DNA of 64,000 nt from Bacilli bacterium (GTDB lineage: Bacteria > Bacillota_I > Bacilli_A > RFN20 > CAG-826): the NCBI GenBank assembly GCA_045628045.1, contig JAZQOV010000002.1, forward strand, positions 1 through 64,000. Reading direction: 5' to 3'. The notes below the pieces were generated by a model. The model was not told where the DNA came from. It made no database searches and saw nothing but the letters and a program-made list of their open reading frames with translations. Of the stretch, positions 1 to 9,905 are shown piece after piece (within the stretch, counting starts at the first letter, position 1; each line of letters opens with the position of its first letter). The translations under genes were made by a program, and so were the position numbers.

Positions 1-2
1 AA

Positions 3-176
3 GATCTCATCGTTGATGTTCAAGAATTCGCAGAAAAACTTTCATACGAAATCGATGATCTCTTTGTATCATTCCTTGAAGATGCTTCACCATATGCATC
101 AGTCGCAGCATTTGCTCTTGGAGGAGTTTACTTCGGTGGTCTCCTTATGAGCACAGTTGCATCATTTATTTTCTAA
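3..176 (+). CDS. 3' end of a CDS entering the window (hydrophobic C-terminus), partial
   Basis: Open frame DLIVDVQEF...GGLLMSTVASFIF ending TAA at 174-176 and followed by a terminator. Confidence 0.65.
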   Translation, partial: DLIVDVQEFAEKLSYEIDDLFVSFLEDASPYASVAAFALGGVYFGGLLMSTVASFIF

Positions 177-194
177 TAAATATTTCTTAAAAAT

Positions 195-225
195 AAGAGG
201 CCTTATAATTAAGGTCTCTTTTTTT
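195..225 (+). terminator. Intrinsic terminator
   Basis: AAGAGGCCTTA-TAAT-TAAGGTCTCTT stem followed by a T-run. Confidence 0.8.
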
Positions 226-276
226 ATGATGTTGTTAAATAACAAAATATTGTTATAATAACGTTGGAGGTAACTT

Positions 277-1197
277 ATGTCTAAATTTAGAAGTTTAAAA
301 ATTGTAGATAATTTCTACCAAAACAATTTATTTTTTCCAATGCCGACTGTCGCTATATCAACTTTAGCAGAAGATGGATCTACAACAATTGGAAGTTATT
401 CGCTTGTATTCCCTTATTACATTGCAGGTAAAGATTATTATGCGATGATTTTAGAGTGCCGTAATTCCTCTAACACTGCACAAAATATTTTAAGAACTGG
501 TAAATGTGCTCTTAATTTTATTAAAGATGATAAGAAATACTTTAAAGAAGTCGTTCGTTTAGGATTCCCTGGTAAAACACCACAAGAGAAGATGAAAGAT
601 TGCGATTTCGAGCTTATTAAAGGTGAAGCTGAAGGAATTAGACCTCTAATCTTGAAAGATGCCTACCAAGTTATTGAATGTACTTGGGATGATTCCTTAG
701 AAGATGCATATAAATGCAAGAAACAGATTGGAGAATTAGAAGGCGTGGAAGGACCATACAATAATTTCAATGGAATTACATCTAAATTTGGTTGCCATTT
801 TATTCTAAAAATGGATAAAGTCCTTATGGAAGAGAAATACGCTGATAATTTGAAGAATGGTTTAAAGAAGAATTCATTCCCTAAAGTTCCAGTAGACTAC
901 GGTTACCATGATTCTAAGAATTTCTGGTACATGAGATTTGGTGCAAGAAAGCCACAATCTGAAGCAATTGCAACTTCTAACGCCGGAAGCGTTGAAAGTG
1001 TTATGTATTGTGCAGAAAGACTTGATACAAAAGTCAAATTTACAAAAGAAGCTTGTGAACTTTACACAAAGATTCCAAGACCATTTATGAAAGCAGCTCT
1101 TCTACAAATTGCTGAGATTGCGGAAGAAAACGGTATCGAAGTAATTGATAAGGAAGCAGCTTTAAAAATTGCTGAAATTAAGAAAAACAAAAAATAA
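277..1197 (+). CDS. Flavin reductase-like (FMN split-barrel) protein with a C-terminal PCP_red-like helical domain
   Basis: GGAGG RBS; N-terminal FPMPTVAISTLAEDG...SNTAQNILRTGKCALNF; C-terminal FTKEACELYTKIPRPF...AEENGIEVID. Confidence 0.65.
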   Translation: MSKFRSLKIVDNFYQNNLFFPMPTVAISTLAEDGSTTIGSYSLVFPYYIAGKDYYAMILECRNSSNTAQNILRTGKCALNFIKDDKKYFKEVVRLGFPGKTPQEKMKDCDFELIKGEAEGIRPLILKDAYQVIECTWDDSLEDAYKCKKQIGELEGVEGPYNNFNGITSKFGCHFILKMDKVLMEEKYADNLKNGLKKNSFPKVPVDYGYHDSKNFWYMRFGARKPQSEAIATSNAGSVESVMYCAERLDTKVKFTKEACELYTKIPRPFMKAALLQIAEIAEENGIEVIDKEAALKIAEIKKNKK

Positions 1198-1199
1198 AA

Positions 1200-1871
1200 A
1201 TGAAAAAATATATTGATGATTTTATTTATGGAATTTACGCTGGAATTGCGATAGGTTTTGGAGGTTTATTAAACATTGTCTCCAAGACTTATTTTGGAGC
1301 TGCCGGAAAGATTGTTGGGTCCCTTCTTTTCCCAATCGGTTTAACATTAGTTTGCTTTTTATCGTTAAACCTATTTACTGGGAAAATCGGGTACTTATTT
1401 GATAAAAAAGGCGAGAAATTCCCATTATTTTTATTAATTATTTATCTTGGAAATATTGTTGGTTCGTTAATTCTAGGGTTCTCAATGCGCGCAATTTTCT
1501 TAAGCAATGCTGACATTCTAAAAACTGTTGAAAGTATTGGAACTATAAAAACAAACATTCCAGATTTTATGGCTGGGTTTAAATTGTTGTGTGGCTCAGT
1601 TTTATGTGGGGCGCTTGTTTACATTGCAGTCTTTTGTTATAAGTCATTTAAGAATGTTATTTTAAAAATTATTGGAATCTTTATCCCAATAGCAGTATTT
1701 GTCTATTTTGGTTTTGATCACTGCGTCGCAAATATGTCTTATTTCGCATTCGCGATGAAATACCTAAATGGTTTTACATATTTAAATATCGCACTTGCAA
1801 CGCTAGGAAACTCGCTAGGCGCTATAGCGATAGACGCGTTTGTAAATGTGATAAAGAAATTCAAAAAATAA
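1200..1871 (+). CDS. Formate/nitrite transporter (FNT) family channel
   Basis: LFPIGL..V, LFTG, FDHCVANM and LGNSLGA FNT motifs; about 6 TM helices. Confidence 0.85.
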   Translation: MKKYIDDFIYGIYAGIAIGFGGLLNIVSKTYFGAAGKIVGSLLFPIGLTLVCFLSLNLFTGKIGYLFDKKGEKFPLFLLIIYLGNIVGSLILGFSMRAIFLSNADILKTVESIGTIKTNIPDFMAGFKLLCGSVLCGALVYIAVFCYKSFKNVILKIIGIFIPIAVFVYFGFDHCVANMSYFAFAMKYLNGFTYLNIALATLGNSLGAIAIDAFVNVIKKFKK

Positions 1872-1876
1872 ACAGG

Positions 1877-2518
1877 CTATGCCTGTTTTTGTATTCCAAT
1901 ATTGTGAAACAAGCACACCAGGAATGCTATAAGTGTTGAACCGGCTAACATTATCGGAAGCATTACGTACCACATTCCGTTTTGGTTGAACCCATAGAAA
2001 TCTGGCCAGCACTTAACGAGTAATACACAAACAATATAGACAATTCCATAAATAATGGTTGGGATAATTCCAAAAAGGAAATATTTAAGCTTGAATCTAT
2101 ATGATTTTTCAATAAACACAAATAAGAATAAAGCCACTAATGGAGTTATCATGTGCATAAATAAATTTCCACCTTCAAGCAACATAGCAAGTCCATAGAT
2201 TCTCCAAAGGAATAACATCACAACAAGGAACGTTAATGTGACCGCACACGTTGCGGCAAATTTAACTAAAGTAAACCATAATGGCATTGTATTCTTTTTA
2301 AATCTAATATTATTAATATTAAAGAATATAGCAGCACTTGCGACGAAAGACATAAGTAAATTGCTATCAATTGTGAAATATCTAAAAAGGAATTTACCAC
2401 CACCAAAAGCCATTACGTCACTCGCAACATCATAGATTGAATAAACGGTTGCTCCAATAATAAAAAGATTAAGAATAATTGCTATTACATTTTTAGTGAC
2501 AAATTTCTTTGTATTCAT
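1877..2518 (-). CDS. Pr6Pr / FAR-17a-AIG1-like integral membrane protein
   Basis: FRYFTIDSN, MHMITP and W.DFYGF motifs; about 6 TM helices. Confidence 0.6.
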   Translation of the reverse strand: MNTKKFVTKNVIAIILNLFIIGATVYSIYDVASDVMAFGGGKFLFRYFTIDSNLLMSFVASAAIFFNINNIRFKKNTMPLWFTLVKFAATCAVTLTFLVVMLFLWRIYGLAMLLEGGNLFMHMITPLVALFLFVFIEKSYRFKLKYFLFGIIPTIIYGIVYIVCVLLVKCWPDFYGFNQNGMWYVMLPIMLAGSTLIAFLVCLFHNIGIQKQA

Positions 2519-2602
2519 ATTAGTTTTAGTGTAATACCAAAATCACATCTTTTAAAGATTAATTTATTCAGTAATTGCGATATAATGTAATTGGTTAGAA
2601 AA

Positions 2603-3247
2603 ATGAGTTACTTATATTTAGCATTGTTTGGATTTTCAACTATAGTTCATCTTTATGCTTCTTTTAAGAAAAATAGAAGGTTAAGAAATGCAACAAAACC
2701 AATCATTTTGCTTTCTCTTCTAATGTATTATTTACACGCTTCAACAAGTCCATCACTTTATGTTGTTTTAGCAATCATCTTATCTTGGATCGGCGATACT
2801 CTTTTAATTCCACGTGGAGTTCCTTGGTTTGCTGCTGGTGGTATTTCTTTTATAGGATCTCATGTGTTTTTCATCCTCGCTTATACGGAAAAAGCATATG
2901 TTTTTGCGCATCCTTGGTACATTTACGTCATATTTGGTGCAGTAATGCTCCTCATTGTTAGCTTTGTATTTTTAAAGATTTATAAATTCCTACCAAAAGT
3001 TCTTATTGGGCCAATTGCGTTATATCTTCTTGTTAATGGCACAATGAATTGTTTCGCAATATTTAGATTTATTGCTTTAACAAATGTTGCATCATTAATT
3101 ACGATGATCGGAGCCATCCTGTTCTTTATTAGTGATTCATTATTGTTCGTAGTTCGATTTAATAAAAATAAAATTAAATCTCACTTCCTTGTTATGCTTG
3201 CTTATTGCACTGCAGAGTTACTTATTGTGCAAGGTTTTATCTTGTAA
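2603..3247 (+). CDS. Lysoplasmalogenase, YhhN/TMEM86 family
   Basis: TKP, SWIGDTLL, F.AGG.SF..SH and FFISDSLL motifs; ATG at 2603 preferred to TTG at 2591. Confidence 0.85.
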   Translation: MSYLYLALFGFSTIVHLYASFKKNRRLRNATKPIILLSLLMYYLHASTSPSLYVVLAIILSWIGDTLLIPRGVPWFAAGGISFIGSHVFFILAYTEKAYVFAHPWYIYVIFGAVMLLIVSFVFLKIYKFLPKVLIGPIALYLLVNGTMNCFAIFRFIALTNVASLITMIGAILFFISDSLLFVVRFNKNKIKSHFLVMLAYCTAELLIVQGFIL

Positions 3248-3252
3248 TTTTT

Positions 3253-4125
3253 ATGAACAAAAAAGTTTATCGAATTCCATACTTAAATCATTTTACTCGT
3301 GCTTATACTTTTGGTGATATTTTTAACAAGACTCCACTTATTATTTTACATGGTGGTCCAGGTGGATGTGTTGAACGCTATGAGCCACTTGAAAAACTCG
3401 CAGATCTTGGTATTCCATTAATCTTTTATGATCAATTAGGATGTGGTTATTCACGAGTTCCTAAAAATCATAAAATCTCTTGGAATTTAGGTATATTTCT
3501 CGATGAATTCGATAATTTAATACACTCTTTAGGAATTAAGAAATACAACGTTTTAGGACACTCGTGGGGTGGAATTCTTGCGCTTGAATATGTTTGCAAT
3601 AGACCTCATAAAGGACTTGAAAAATTAGTGCTTTTCTCGACACTTCCTTCTACTAAAATTTGGAACGATGAGCACATGAGAATGATTAACGATTTCTCGC
3701 CTGAAGAAAAGGCTGCTCTTATAGCGGAAAAAGAAGGCAAAAAATATGATGTGAATATTTATAAAACTGCTATCAAGAAATTCTATAAAAATCATGTCGG
3801 AAAGAAGTCAACAAAACTTTATAATTTTAAGACAAAAAGATTCCCTAAAACTAATAGAGAAATCTATGAACTTATGTGGGGCAAATCAGAACTATTTGGA
3901 ACCGGAACTTTAGCGAATTGGTCTGTTGAAGATAAGCTTGATAGAGTTGATGTTTCTACTTTAATTTTGTCGGGTCAATTTGACGAATCTTCACCAAAAA
4001 TGAATGAGATAATGAATAACAAAATTCCTAATTCTGAATGGGTGTTATTAAAAAAGTCTCATCACATTGGTTATGTAGAAGAGACTGATCTTGTTATTAA
4101 GAAATTAGTGGGTTTTCTCAAGTAA
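3253..4125 (+). CDS. Proline iminopeptidase family alpha/beta hydrolase
   Basis: LHGGPGG, YDQLGCGYS and GHSWGG nucleophile elbow; ATG at 3253. Confidence 0.85.
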   Translation: MNKKVYRIPYLNHFTRAYTFGDIFNKTPLIILHGGPGGCVERYEPLEKLADLGIPLIFYDQLGCGYSRVPKNHKISWNLGIFLDEFDNLIHSLGIKKYNVLGHSWGGILALEYVCNRPHKGLEKLVLFSTLPSTKIWNDEHMRMINDFSPEEKAALIAEKEGKKYDVNIYKTAIKKFYKNHVGKKSTKLYNFKTKRFPKTNREIYELMWGKSELFGTGTLANWSVEDKLDRVDVSTLILSGQFDESSPKMNEIMNNKIPNSEWVLLKKSHHIGYVEETDLVIKKLVGFLK

Positions 4126-5103
4126 TTTCCTTAATTTCTGCTTTATTTTCTTATTTGCAAATGATGCTTCAATTGAGTTTAATGCGAACTCATGAGCATC
4201 TTTTTCTTTAAATCCTAATTTTGCTAAAGTTTTATATTCTTGTTTAAGTGTTGTGTTGGAAACAGTCATATCATCAGTGTTGATTGTGACCCTTATTCCT
4301 TCTTTCACAAATTGTTTGATTGGTAATTCTTCATATTTGGAAATTGTTTTTGTATCTAGGTTTGACTTAGGACAAATTTCTAAAGCTATATTTTTGTCTT
4401 TTAAAAGTTTGATTGTTGCTTTGTCTTCACTTGAATGAATTCCGTGTCCGATTCTTGTTGCTCCATATTTGATTGCAGACACAACTGATTCGTGACCACT
4501 TGCTTCACCTGCATGAATTGTTAATGGAATATTATTTTCCTTAATGAGTTTAAATTCATCCTCAAACATTTCATTTGGGAATAAACTTTCTGCGCCAGCG
4601 AGGTCCATTGCGACCACGCCTTTATTGAGATATTTTTTAGCAACTTTTATTGTTTCTAAATTCTTCTCTTTTAAATCTTTCCCTCTCATCATACAAAGGA
4701 TTAAATTTGCAAAAACCCCGTATTTTCTCGAGTATTTACAAGCTTTTATCAATGTTTTTACAACTTCATCTTGAGTTAACCCTTGAGCTGTTGATAGCTG
4801 TGGAGCCATTCTAATTTCAACATATTTAAGGCCGTCATTTGCAAGCCTTTCGAGTAAATCTAAAGTGCATTCTCTAAGACCTTGTTTTGTTTGTAAAACT
4901 AAGTTTGGAATGTCAAAGCGTTCGAGATATTCATTAAGTGATTTACAGTTTTTAGGAACTTGCAAATACTTGTTTAATTCTTTTTCTGTTTTAGCAGGAA
5001 GTTTAATATTTTCTTTCTTGGCAACAGACAAAACTGCCTTTGCAGAAAGTGACCCATCCAAATGTAAATGGAGATCAATAATTGCGTATTTTTCTAAGTT
5101 CAT
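4105..5103 (-). CDS. add: Adenosine deaminase
   Basis: DLHLHLDGS, TIHAGE, RIGHG, EICPKSN and NTDD motifs. Confidence 0.93.
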   Translation of the reverse strand: MNLEKYAIIDLHLHLDGSLSAKAVLSVAKKENIKLPAKTEKELNKYLQVPKNCKSLNEYLERFDIPNLVLQTKQGLRECTLDLLERLANDGLKYVEIRMAPQLSTAQGLTQDEVVKTLIKACKYSRKYGVFANLILCMMRGKDLKEKNLETIKVAKKYLNKGVVAMDLAGAESLFPNEMFEDEFKLIKENNIPLTIHAGEASGHESVVSAIKYGATRIGHGIHSSEDKATIKLLKDKNIALEICPKSNLDTKTISKYEELPIKQFVKEGIRVTINTDDMTVSNTTLKQEYKTLAKLGFKEKDAHEFALNSIEASFANKKIKQKLRKLLEKTH

Positions 5104-5177
5104 AACATAGATTATAATCGTTTTTGTGGAAAAATAATAATTTTACATTAAAATATTATTCGCTGAGAGGAATCATT

Positions 5178-6509
5178 ATGAAAGAAATTAAAATTAGTGA
5201 TTTAAGAAAAATCGAGAAAGAATATCTCTCTGATAAAGCCTGCGCAGTAGCTAGACACGCTTTATCAAATACCGATATTTCTCTTGTCGCATTAACAAAA
5301 GATTTGGATAGTGAAAAAGACTTCCAATTCGACATTGATTTAAAGACCATGTCAGTTACAGACCAAAAAGCATCCGGTAGATGCTGGATCTTCGCTGCAT
5401 GTAACTTCATGAGAGAAAGCATTGCTAAAAAAATTAATGTTAAGAAGTTTGAGTTATCCCAAAGCTATTTAGCTTTCTATGACAAATTAGAAAAACTTAA
5501 CTTCACAATGAATGCATTGATCGAAACAATCGACAAAGATTATGATGATCGTACCGTTCAATACTTAGTATCAACAGGTATTGGTGATGGTGGTCAATGG
5601 GATATGATCATTAACTTGGTTAAAAAGTATGGTATTTGCCCTAAAAATGTCTATGGTGAGACTGCAACATCAAGTGCTACTAGAATGCTTAATCTTCTTT
5701 TAAATACTGAACTCCGTAAATTTGCATCTGAAGCAAGAGAAGTTAAGGCAAAGAAAGGCATGAAGGCCGTCGAAGAACTTAAAGAAAGCTATATTAAACG
5801 TTTCTACAAGGCATTAATTTCATGTTATGGAGTGCCACCAACCAAATTTGATTTCAAATATGTTGATGATAAAGATAAATTCAAAGTTATCAAAGATATG
5901 ACTCCATATGAGTTCTATGAAAAGTATGTTGGGGACAAACTTGATGATTATGTTTCTGTAATCAATGCTCCAACAAAAACAAAACCATTTGGTAAATCAT
6001 ATACCGTCAAATATTTAGGAAATGTTGAGGGTGGAAAAATTGTTAAACACATCAACCTTCCTATGGATAGAATGAAAGAACTCATCATTTCTCAACTTAA
6101 AGATGGTGAAGTTGTTTGGTTCGGAAGTGATGTTGGTTTCTATAGAGAAAACTTATCCGGATCTTGGGATGATGAGATGTTTGATTTCAAATCCTTACTT
6201 GATTTAGACTTCAAGATGGATAAAGGTGAGTCTTTAGACTTCCGTGCAAGTGCAATGGGCCACGCAATGTGCGTTACAGGCGTTGCATTTGATGAAAATA
6301 ACAAAGCCAAGAAATGGAAAATTGAAAACTCTTGGGGTGCTGAAAGAGCCCACAAAGGTTATTACCTGATGTCAGGAAGTTTCTTTGACCAATATGTTTA
6401 TCAAGCAGTTGTTAATAAGAAATATTTAACAAAAGAAGAGCTTGCTGCATATAATGCAGAACCAGTTATGTTACAACCATGGGATCCAATGGGATCACTT
6501 GCAAAATAA
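5178..6509 (+). CDS. pepC: Aminopeptidase C (bleomycin hydrolase, C1B)
   Basis: QKASGRCWIF, DGGQW, HAM, WKIENSWG and C-terminal PWDPMGSLA; GAGGA RBS before ATG 5178. Confidence 0.93.
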   Translation: MKEIKISDLRKIEKEYLSDKACAVARHALSNTDISLVALTKDLDSEKDFQFDIDLKTMSVTDQKASGRCWIFAACNFMRESIAKKINVKKFELSQSYLAFYDKLEKLNFTMNALIETIDKDYDDRTVQYLVSTGIGDGGQWDMIINLVKKYGICPKNVYGETATSSATRMLNLLLNTELRKFASEAREVKAKKGMKAVEELKESYIKRFYKALISCYGVPPTKFDFKYVDDKDKFKVIKDMTPYEFYEKYVGDKLDDYVSVINAPTKTKPFGKSYTVKYLGNVEGGKIVKHINLPMDRMKELIISQLKDGEVVWFGSDVGFYRENLSGSWDDEMFDFKSLLDLDFKMDKGESLDFRASAMGHAMCVTGVAFDENNKAKKWKIENSWGAERAHKGYYLMSGSFFDQYVYQAVVNKKYLTKEELAAYNAEPVMLQPWDPMGSLAK

Positions 6510-6521
6510 AGGAGAAAAAAT

Positions 6522-7271
6522 ATGTACAAATTAGTCATGATTAGACACGGTGAATCAGAATGGAATAAGCTAAACTTATTTACAGGTTGGACCGATGTCG
6601 AATTAAGCGAAAAAGGTGTTATGGAAGCACATCGTGCTGGTAAAACACTTAAAGAAGAAGGCTATGATTTCGATTTAGTCTTCACATCAATGCTCAAAAG
6701 AGCAATTCACACAATGAACAACGTTCTTTTTGAACTTGATCGTGAATGGTTACCAGTTATTAAAACCTGGAGACTTAATGAACGTCATTACGGTGCTCTT
6801 CAAGGTTTAAATAAAGCTGAAACTGCTGAAAAATATGGTGAAGAACAAGTTAAGGTTTGGAGAAGAAGCTATGATTGCCCACCTCCAGCACTTGAAGAAA
6901 AAGATGACAGGAATCCAGCTAACCAAGCACAATTTAGAGACGTTCCAAGAAAGGATCTTCCACTTACAGAATCTCTTGAACTTACAGTTGCTCGTGCGGT
7001 TCCATTCTTTGAAGAATCAATTAAGCCAGAAATGCTCAAAGGCAAACGCTGCTTAATCGTTGCACACGGTAATTCACTTCGTGCTTTATACAAATATTTC
7101 ACAAATTGTCCAAAAGAAGAAATCGTTGGAGTTAACATCCCAACTGGTGTTCCTCTAGTTTTTGAATTTGATGACAATATGAAAGCAACCAAACATTATT
7201 ACTTAATGGATGAAGCCGCACTTAAGGCCGAAATGGAAGCTGTCGCAAATCAAGGCAAAGCAAAGAAATAA
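6522..7271 (+). CDS. gpmA: 2,3-bisphosphoglycerate-dependent phosphoglycerate mutase
   Basis: [19 protein letters not shown] and AHGNSLRA motifs. Confidence 0.97.
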   Translation: MYKLVMIRHGESEWNKLNLFTGWTDVELSEKGVMEAHRAGKTLKEEGYDFDLVFTSMLKRAIHTMNNVLFELDREWLPVIKTWRLNERHYGALQGLNKAETAEKYGEEQVKVWRRSYDCPPPALEEKDDRNPANQAQFRDVPRKDLPLTESLELTVARAVPFFEESIKPEMLKGKRCLIVAHGNSLRALYKYFTNCPKEEIVGVNIPTGVPLVFEFDDNMKATKHYYLMDEAALKAEMEAVANQGKAKK

Positions 7272-7289
7272 TCTCAATAATAAATTTTT

Positions 7290-8135
7290 ATGAGAAAAAA
7301 ATTGTTTTTACCATTAATAACAACAATTCTTCTTTCGAGCTGCCAATCAAAAATCGATTTTGAAAAAGCTAAAGCCTTTATTATAAATAATCGCCCAGAG
7401 GAAATATGGGTTAAACACTACAACTCTTTAACTCATGAACCAGATCAAGTAGGCAGATATTTTGATTTTTCTGCAATTGGAAGAAAGGCTTCTGTTGTTA
7501 TAAAACAAAAATTTAATGCAAATATAGTTTTCGATGATGTTATAGAGACTAGAAAAGTTTCATATGATATTGATGAAGGATACATAATTATTGAGACTAC
7601 ACGTTCAAATAATTATTATTCAATCGAATATTGGTCTAGATATGATTCAGAAACTCTTTATAACGTTATGGTCATTGAAGAAAATTTAAAAGAACCAATT
7701 GTGTCAGACAGCAAACAAAGCGCATATTTTTGCGAATATTTTGGTTATTATGTTAGCAGCTTCTTGAGTTATGATTTAATTTTTGGAAGGTTCATGCTCA
7801 AGAGTATTTACAATTATTTGGATCAAGATTCTAAAAAATTCAATGAAGAATTTGCATCTTATTCGTTCAATATAAAAGATGGAAATCTTTATGGTCATCA
7901 AATTAGCAATTTTTATTGTGAAAACGGTTTTTTAACTTACCATGATCAATCAGAAAATACGGATTATTTAAAAGTTAAAATGGTTTGTGATTTTGTTACT
8001 TCTGATAACGGATTTATTAAAGAAGCTGAAACAAAATATATTGTTGATAAGAAAGAATATTTTGTTAATTCGTTGGAATATGTTGAATTTGATCCAACAC
8101 ATAAAGATATTATTAATCAGTATATAAACAAATAA
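7290..8135 (+). CDS. Hypothetical lipoprotein
   Basis: MRKK + hydrophobic stretch + LSSC lipobox; no family recognised. Confidence 0.65.
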   Translation: MRKKLFLPLITTILLSSCQSKIDFEKAKAFIINNRPEEIWVKHYNSLTHEPDQVGRYFDFSAIGRKASVVIKQKFNANIVFDDVIETRKVSYDIDEGYIIIETTRSNNYYSIEYWSRYDSETLYNVMVIEENLKEPIVSDSKQSAYFCEYFGYYVSSFLSYDLIFGRFMLKSIYNYLDQDSKKFNEEFASYSFNIKDGNLYGHQISNFYCENGFLTYHDQSENTDYLKVKMVCDFVTSDNGFIKEAETKYIVDKKEYFVNSLEYVEFDPTHKDIINQYINK

Positions 8136-8151
8136 TCTTTGATTATTTAAT

Positions 8152-8174
8152 AAAAGGCGAGAGATCGCCTTTTT
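8152..8174 (+). terminator. Intrinsic terminator
   Basis: AAAAGGCGA-GAGA-TCGCCTTTTT. Confidence 0.85.
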
Positions 8175-8273
8175 CTTTCTTCAAATTTATAAAATACTCA
8201 AAAATGATTTAAAAGTTATTACTGTAGTATCAATTTTCATTGAAAACTCGTGTCAAAATGCTAAAATTGAGTT

Positions 8274-8939
8274 ATGAATTTATATCACGGTTCTAAAATA
8301 AGCAATCTAATCCCAAAAGAGAACGGGTCAGGAGTCTTTAATGACTATGGTTCTGGGTTTTATTTATCACTAAGTAAAGACGCTGCTGGATCTTGGGCTT
8401 GCAAGCATGATGAACTTGGATTTATTTATAAATATTTCATTTCAAATAGATATTTTCAAAATCTTAAGATTCTTGATTTAACAAACAAGGAAAAATATTC
8501 AGTATTAAATTGGATTGCAATTCTTGTTCATTTTAAAAAGATAGATGAGTCTTTCTTAAAAGAAAACGAAGAAGCTTTGAAGTGGCTTGAGCATTATTTT
8601 ATTGATGTTTCAAATTATGATGTTGTTATTGGTTTTAGGGCAGACGATTCATATTTTGATTTTCCAAAAGCATTTATTTCAAATAATTTAGCCTTTGAGG
8701 ATTTAGAGTATGTTTATAAACTTGGTGATCTTGGTGTTCAATATTTCTTTCGCTCAAAAAGAGCAATAAATTTGCTTAAACTAATTGAATGTGTTAAATG
8801 CGATAACAAACACTTAGGAACACATGTAAAGGTCGTTAATGATGCCACGAATACATATAAGAAATTAATACATGAACCTAAGGTGAGTTCTAAAACATAT
8901 ATCTTTGATATAATTAGGAAAGAAAATGGAAATAATTAA
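8274..8939 (+). CDS. DUF3990 domain protein (predicted ADP-ribosyltransferase-like fold)
   Basis: MNLYHGS...NDYGSGFYL...A..WA and YDVVIGFRADDSYF motifs. Confidence 0.75.
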   Translation: MNLYHGSKISNLIPKENGSGVFNDYGSGFYLSLSKDAAGSWACKHDELGFIYKYFISNRYFQNLKILDLTNKEKYSVLNWIAILVHFKKIDESFLKENEEALKWLEHYFIDVSNYDVVIGFRADDSYFDFPKAFISNNLAFEDLEYVYKLGDLGVQYFFRSKRAINLLKLIECVKCDNKHLGTHVKVVNDATNTYKKLIHEPKVSSKTYIFDIIRKENGNN

Positions 8940-9549
8940 TCTTTATCATTATTTAGATATGTTTGCCAATGTGCTGTCATTTGGACATGAACTTGGTTAT
9001 TCTTTTGACGTTTTGGAGAAAAGAATTTCAAAGCACAAGAAATTTTTAGCAATTGAACTTGATAATAATTCTCCTAATCTTTATCTAGATAGAAAAGATG
9101 TATTAAAAGAAATATTCTTCGATTCTCCAAAGGAGGTAGATGAATTAATTAGATATAACGAATGTGAATGGGTTGCTGATATGTATCTTCATTTGGAAGC
9201 TGAAACAGGATTTACTTTTGAACTTTTATTCTTGTACATTCCTTTAGAAAGAGCGTATGAAATGTTTCCTATTTATCATGAAATGGATTTTGCTCAATCA
9301 GTTGATTACTTTAATGAAATATTTAAGAAAACAACTCCTTTGGAGTTATTAATGAAAAAGAAATCACTTAATGGCAAGAAAATTTCTGAAATTTGTGGCA
9401 TCTCTTATTCAACTATTATGTCGATTAAAAACGGTCAAAGAGACATTAAAAACTTGAATTCGTTAGCGTTATTAAAATTAACAAACCTCTTTAATGTGCG
9501 TTCAGAGACTTTGCTTGCTGTAAATATTAATGATTTATTTAATAAATAG
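8926..9549 (+). CDS. DUF3990-associated protein with C-terminal XRE-type HTH
   Basis: Overlaps DUF3990 stop; EWVADMY...YHEMD segment, then HTH (KKISEICGISYSTIMSIKNGQRDI). Confidence 0.7.
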   Translation: MEIINLYHYLDMFANVLSFGHELGYSFDVLEKRISKHKKFLAIELDNNSPNLYLDRKDVLKEIFFDSPKEVDELIRYNECEWVADMYLHLEAETGFTFELLFLYIPLERAYEMFPIYHEMDFAQSVDYFNEIFKKTTPLELLMKKKSLNGKKISEICGISYSTIMSIKNGQRDIKNLNSLALLKLTNLFNVRSETLLAVNINDLFNK

Positions 9550-9566
9550 GTATACAATATAACCCG

Positions 9567-9905
9567 ATGAAAAAAGAAACTTATGATAGATTAATCAAAT
9601 TTAGAGACGACAGAGATTGGTCTCAATTTCATACTGGTGAAAATTTAGCAAAGTCCATTATGATTGAAGCAGGAGAACTTCTTGAAGTTTTCCAATGGAC
9701 TAACAAAGAAAAATCAATTGACAAAGTCAAAGAAGAACTTGCAGATGTTTTTATGTACGCAATGCTTATGGCAGATCGTTATCATTTAGACATTGATGAA
9801 ATTATCAATGAAAAACTTGATTCAAATGAGAAAAAATATCCTGCAGAATTAGTTCGTGGTTCTTCCAAAAAATATAACGAATATAAGACACAATGGAAAA
9901 AATAA
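9567..9905 (+). CDS. MazG-like nucleotide pyrophosphohydrolase (dCTPase type)
   Basis: RDWSQFH..NLAKSI.IEAGELLEVFQW...EELADV...NEKKYP. Confidence 0.88.
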   Translation: MKKETYDRLIKFRDDRDWSQFHTGENLAKSIMIEAGELLEVFQWTNKEKSIDKVKEELADVFMYAMLMADRYHLDIDEIINEKLDSNEKKYPAELVRGSSKKYNEYKTQWKK

